DNA of 64,000 nt from Candidatus Alistipes faecigallinarum. GTDB lineage: Bacteria; Bacteroidota; Bacteroidia; Bacteroidales; Rikenellaceae. The notes beneath the pieces are model-generated. The model was not told the DNA's origin and ran no database searches. It saw only the letters and a list, made by a program, of their open reading frames with translations. The stretch covers positions 2,198 through 66,197 of the forward strand of contig DXDG01000005.1 of assembly GCA_019115605.1 (NCBI GenBank). Reading direction: 5' to 3'. Of the stretch, positions 61,797-64,000 are shown piece by piece (position 1 is the first letter of the stretch; each line of letters begins with the position of its first letter). The translations under genes were made by a program, and so were the position numbers.

Positions 61797-63191
61797 ATGA
61801 AAGACAAGTACATTGACCTGATCGAGCAGTCGTTCGACTTCCCGCAGGACGAGTTTTCCGTCGACGACAACGAGCTGCTCTTCCACGACATCCCGCTCAT
61901 GGAGCTGATCAAACAGTACGGCACGCCGCTCAAGATCACCTACCTGCCGAAGATCTCCCAGCAGATCAACCGTGCCAAGCGCATGTTCAACGTGGCAATG
62001 GCCAAGGTCGACTACAAGGGCTCGTACAACTACTGCTACTGCACCAAGTCGAGCCACTTCTCGTTCGTCCTCGAGGAGGCCATGAAGAACGACATCCACC
62101 TCGAAACCTCGTCGGCCTACGACATCCACATCATCAACGCCCTCTACGACGGCGGAATCATCGACAAGGACCGCTACATCATCTGCAACGGATTCAAGCG
62201 CCCGCAGTATGTCGAGAACATCGCCCAGCTCGTGAACGACGGATTCACGAACACGATCCCCGTGCTCGACAACAAGGAGGAGATCGACCTGTTCGAAGAC
62301 GCCTTCACCAAGAAGTGCAAGGTCGGCATCCGTATCGCCTGCGAGGAGGAGCCCAAGTTCGATTTCTACACCTCGCGCCTCGGCATCCGATACAACGACA
62401 TCGTGGATTTCTACAAAGCCAAGCTGAAAAACAGCAAGAAATTCCAGCTCAAGATGCTCCACTTCTTCATCAACACCGGCATCAAGGATACGGCCTACTA
62501 CTGGAACGAGCTGTCGAAGTGCATGAACGTCTACTGCGAGCTGAAGACCATCTGCCCCGAGCTGGACAGCCTCAACATCGGCGGCGGATTCCCGATCAAG
62601 AACTCCCTGAACTTCGAATACGACTACGAGTACCTCACCGAGGAGATCGTCGCCCAGATCAAGAACATCTGCCAGCGGAACGGCATCGAGGAGCCCAACA
62701 TCTTCACCGAATTCGGCTCGTTCACCGTCGGCGAAAGCGGCGCGGCCCTCTACTCGATCGTCAACCAGAAGCAGCAGAACGACCGCGAGAACTGGTACAT
62801 GATCGACTCGTCGTTCATTACGACCCTGCCCGACACGTGGGGCATCAACCAGCGCTACATCATGCTGGCCATCAACAACTGGGACAAGGAGTACCAGCGC
62901 GTGTTCCTCGGAGGACTGACCTGCGACAGCGAGGATTTCTACAACTCCGAGTGCCACACGAACGCCATCTTCCTCCCCAAGCTCATAAAGGGAAATACGC
63001 AGTACATCGGATTCTTCCACACGGGAGCCTATCAGGAGTCGCTCGGCGGATTCGGCGGCATCCAGCACTGCCTGATCCCCGCACCGAAGCACGTCATCAT
63101 CGACCGCGACAAGTCGGACAACGAATACTACACGCGTCTGTTCGCCAAAGAGCAGTCCTACCGTTCGATGCTGCGCATCCTCGGGTATTAG
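61797..63191 (+). CDS. speA: Arginine decarboxylase (Bacteroidota short type)
   Basis: YCYCTKSSH, ICNGFK, HFFI, NIGGGF, EFG, GLTCDSED, TGAYQ. Confidence 0.9.
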   Translation: MKDKYIDLIEQSFDFPQDEFSVDDNELLFHDIPLMELIKQYGTPLKITYLPKISQQINRAKRMFNVAMAKVDYKGSYNYCYCTKSSHFSFVLEEAMKNDIHLETSSAYDIHIINALYDGGIIDKDRYIICNGFKRPQYVENIAQLVNDGFTNTIPVLDNKEEIDLFEDAFTKKCKVGIRIACEEEPKFDFYTSRLGIRYNDIVDFYKAKLKNSKKFQLKMLHFFINTGIKDTAYYWNELSKCMNVYCELKTICPELDSLNIGGGFPIKNSLNFEYDYEYLTEEIVAQIKNICQRNGIEEPNIFTEFGSFTVGESGAALYSIVNQKQQNDRENWYMIDSSFITTLPDTWGINQRYIMLAINNWDKEYQRVFLGGLTCDSEDFYNSECHTNAIFLPKLIKGNTQYIGFFHTGAYQESLGGFGGIQHCLIPAPKHVIIDRDKSDNEYYTRLFAKEQSYRSMLRILGY

Positions 63192-63213
63192 GCACACTCC
63201 GGGATCGGAAAGG

Positions 63214-63245
63214 AAAAGGCCTCCGCTTCGGGCGGAGGCCTTTTT
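63214..63245. terminator. Bidirectional terminator after speA
   Basis: AAAAGGCCTCCGC-TTCGG-GCGGAGGCCTTTTT. Confidence 0.85.
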
Positions 63246-63265
63246 CAGTGTCCGACAGGCCGGTA

Positions 63266-63601
63266 TTACTTCACGTAATTCCAGACGATCAGCACGACAG
63301 CAACAACAAAAAAGGCGACGGAAACCAAACCGTCCGCCTTGCGGGCGATCTGCTCGCCGCGGGCGTTCCGCAACTGCGATGCACGGCCCCGATGCACCTG
63401 CACCGACACATACACGGCACGGAGCACCGCTACCGCAACGCAGGCAACGGCCAGCGCCAGAAGGATATCCGCAGCCTTCTCCGAAACAAACCAGCTGATA
63501 ATTAAAAGGGTAAGGCCATTAGCCCAACACCAGGTGATCCAACGGTCCCTGCCCAATGCCGCACCGTATCGGTACATGCGTTCCACATTTACATCGTTCA
63601 T
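63266..63601 (-). CDS. Hypothetical membrane protein (about 3 TM helices)
   Basis: 111-aa ORF ending at the shared terminator; hydrophobic segments; A-rich upstream sequence. Confidence 0.6.
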   Translation of the reverse strand: MNDVNVERMYRYGAALGRDRWITWCWANGLTLLIISWFVSEKAADILLALAVACVAVAVLRAVYVSVQVHRGRASQLRNARGEQIARKADGLVSVAFFVVAVVLIVWNYVK

Positions 63602-64000
63602 GGTCGGTCGTTTTTATCCGGAGAGACGTTGCGAAACGGGCGTTGCTCCGGCAGATTTGCAATACTCGAAATAAGGATTCCGTATAAATATATAGGGATT
63701 TTTCCTGACAATTCGGGATCAGACAGGCTGTAATCGAACGTTCTGAACATAAAAATGGATGGACTGAACACTTCGGAAGCGTTGTCAAGCGAACGACAAC
63801 AAGGCCCGATCCCGGCTCCGGGTCCAAAGGAAGAGGTGGCGGCCGACAACCGGACATTCCCGGGCGGGCCGTGCAGTTCGGGGCAAAAGCATCGCGGCGG
63901 GGACAATTCCAGGGAAAGATGGCGCGGATTGCGGAAAAATTCGTACCTTCGGACCCCGAAGACCGAATGCCGATCCGATGAATAGCCGCAACCGCCATCG

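Noticed and set aside
63945-64000. Promoter-like TACCTTCG followed by ATG at 63978
   Set aside because: May be the start of the next gene, but only 7 codons are visible

Overview
This is a GC-rich, gene-dense Bacteroidota chromosomal segment, probably Alistipes/Rikenellaceae. That placement is inferred from protein similarity as recalled, lipoproteins with acidic export signals, A-rich translation starts without Shine-Dalgarno motifs and many TAnnTTTG -7 promoter boxes. It is mostly core genome: znuAC, a complete hisGDCBHAFI(E) operon, argS, hlyC/corC-dusB, mgsA, mscS, serB, obgE, ald, dxr-rseP, radA, folP/coaE, secDF, dnaK, ruvA, cdaA, secG/lptE, a sigma54 activator and speA, plus GH13/GH29/GH3 hydrolases and several surface lipoproteins. 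No rRNA, tRNA, CRISPR array, transposase, integrase or phage gene was recognised. The most notable signals missed by the ORF track are: (1) a His-rich leader peptide with an attenuator before hisG; (2) three GG-N10-GC/GT sigma54-type promoters before dnaK, a cysteine-less thioredoxin and a DUF4251 gene, all lacking the housekeeping box, with a sensor-less sigma54 activator in the same window; (3) two apparent pseudo-enzymes (WSGPS thioredoxin, M23 lacking Zn ligands); (4) an FKBP-like lipoprotein with a 53-aa Tyr/Gly insertion; (5) a telomere-like G-quadruplex repeat in the GH3 leader; (6) a structured speA leader; (7) a split DUF5689/TonB-receptor module. All family assignments come from motif recognition by eye, not database searches.
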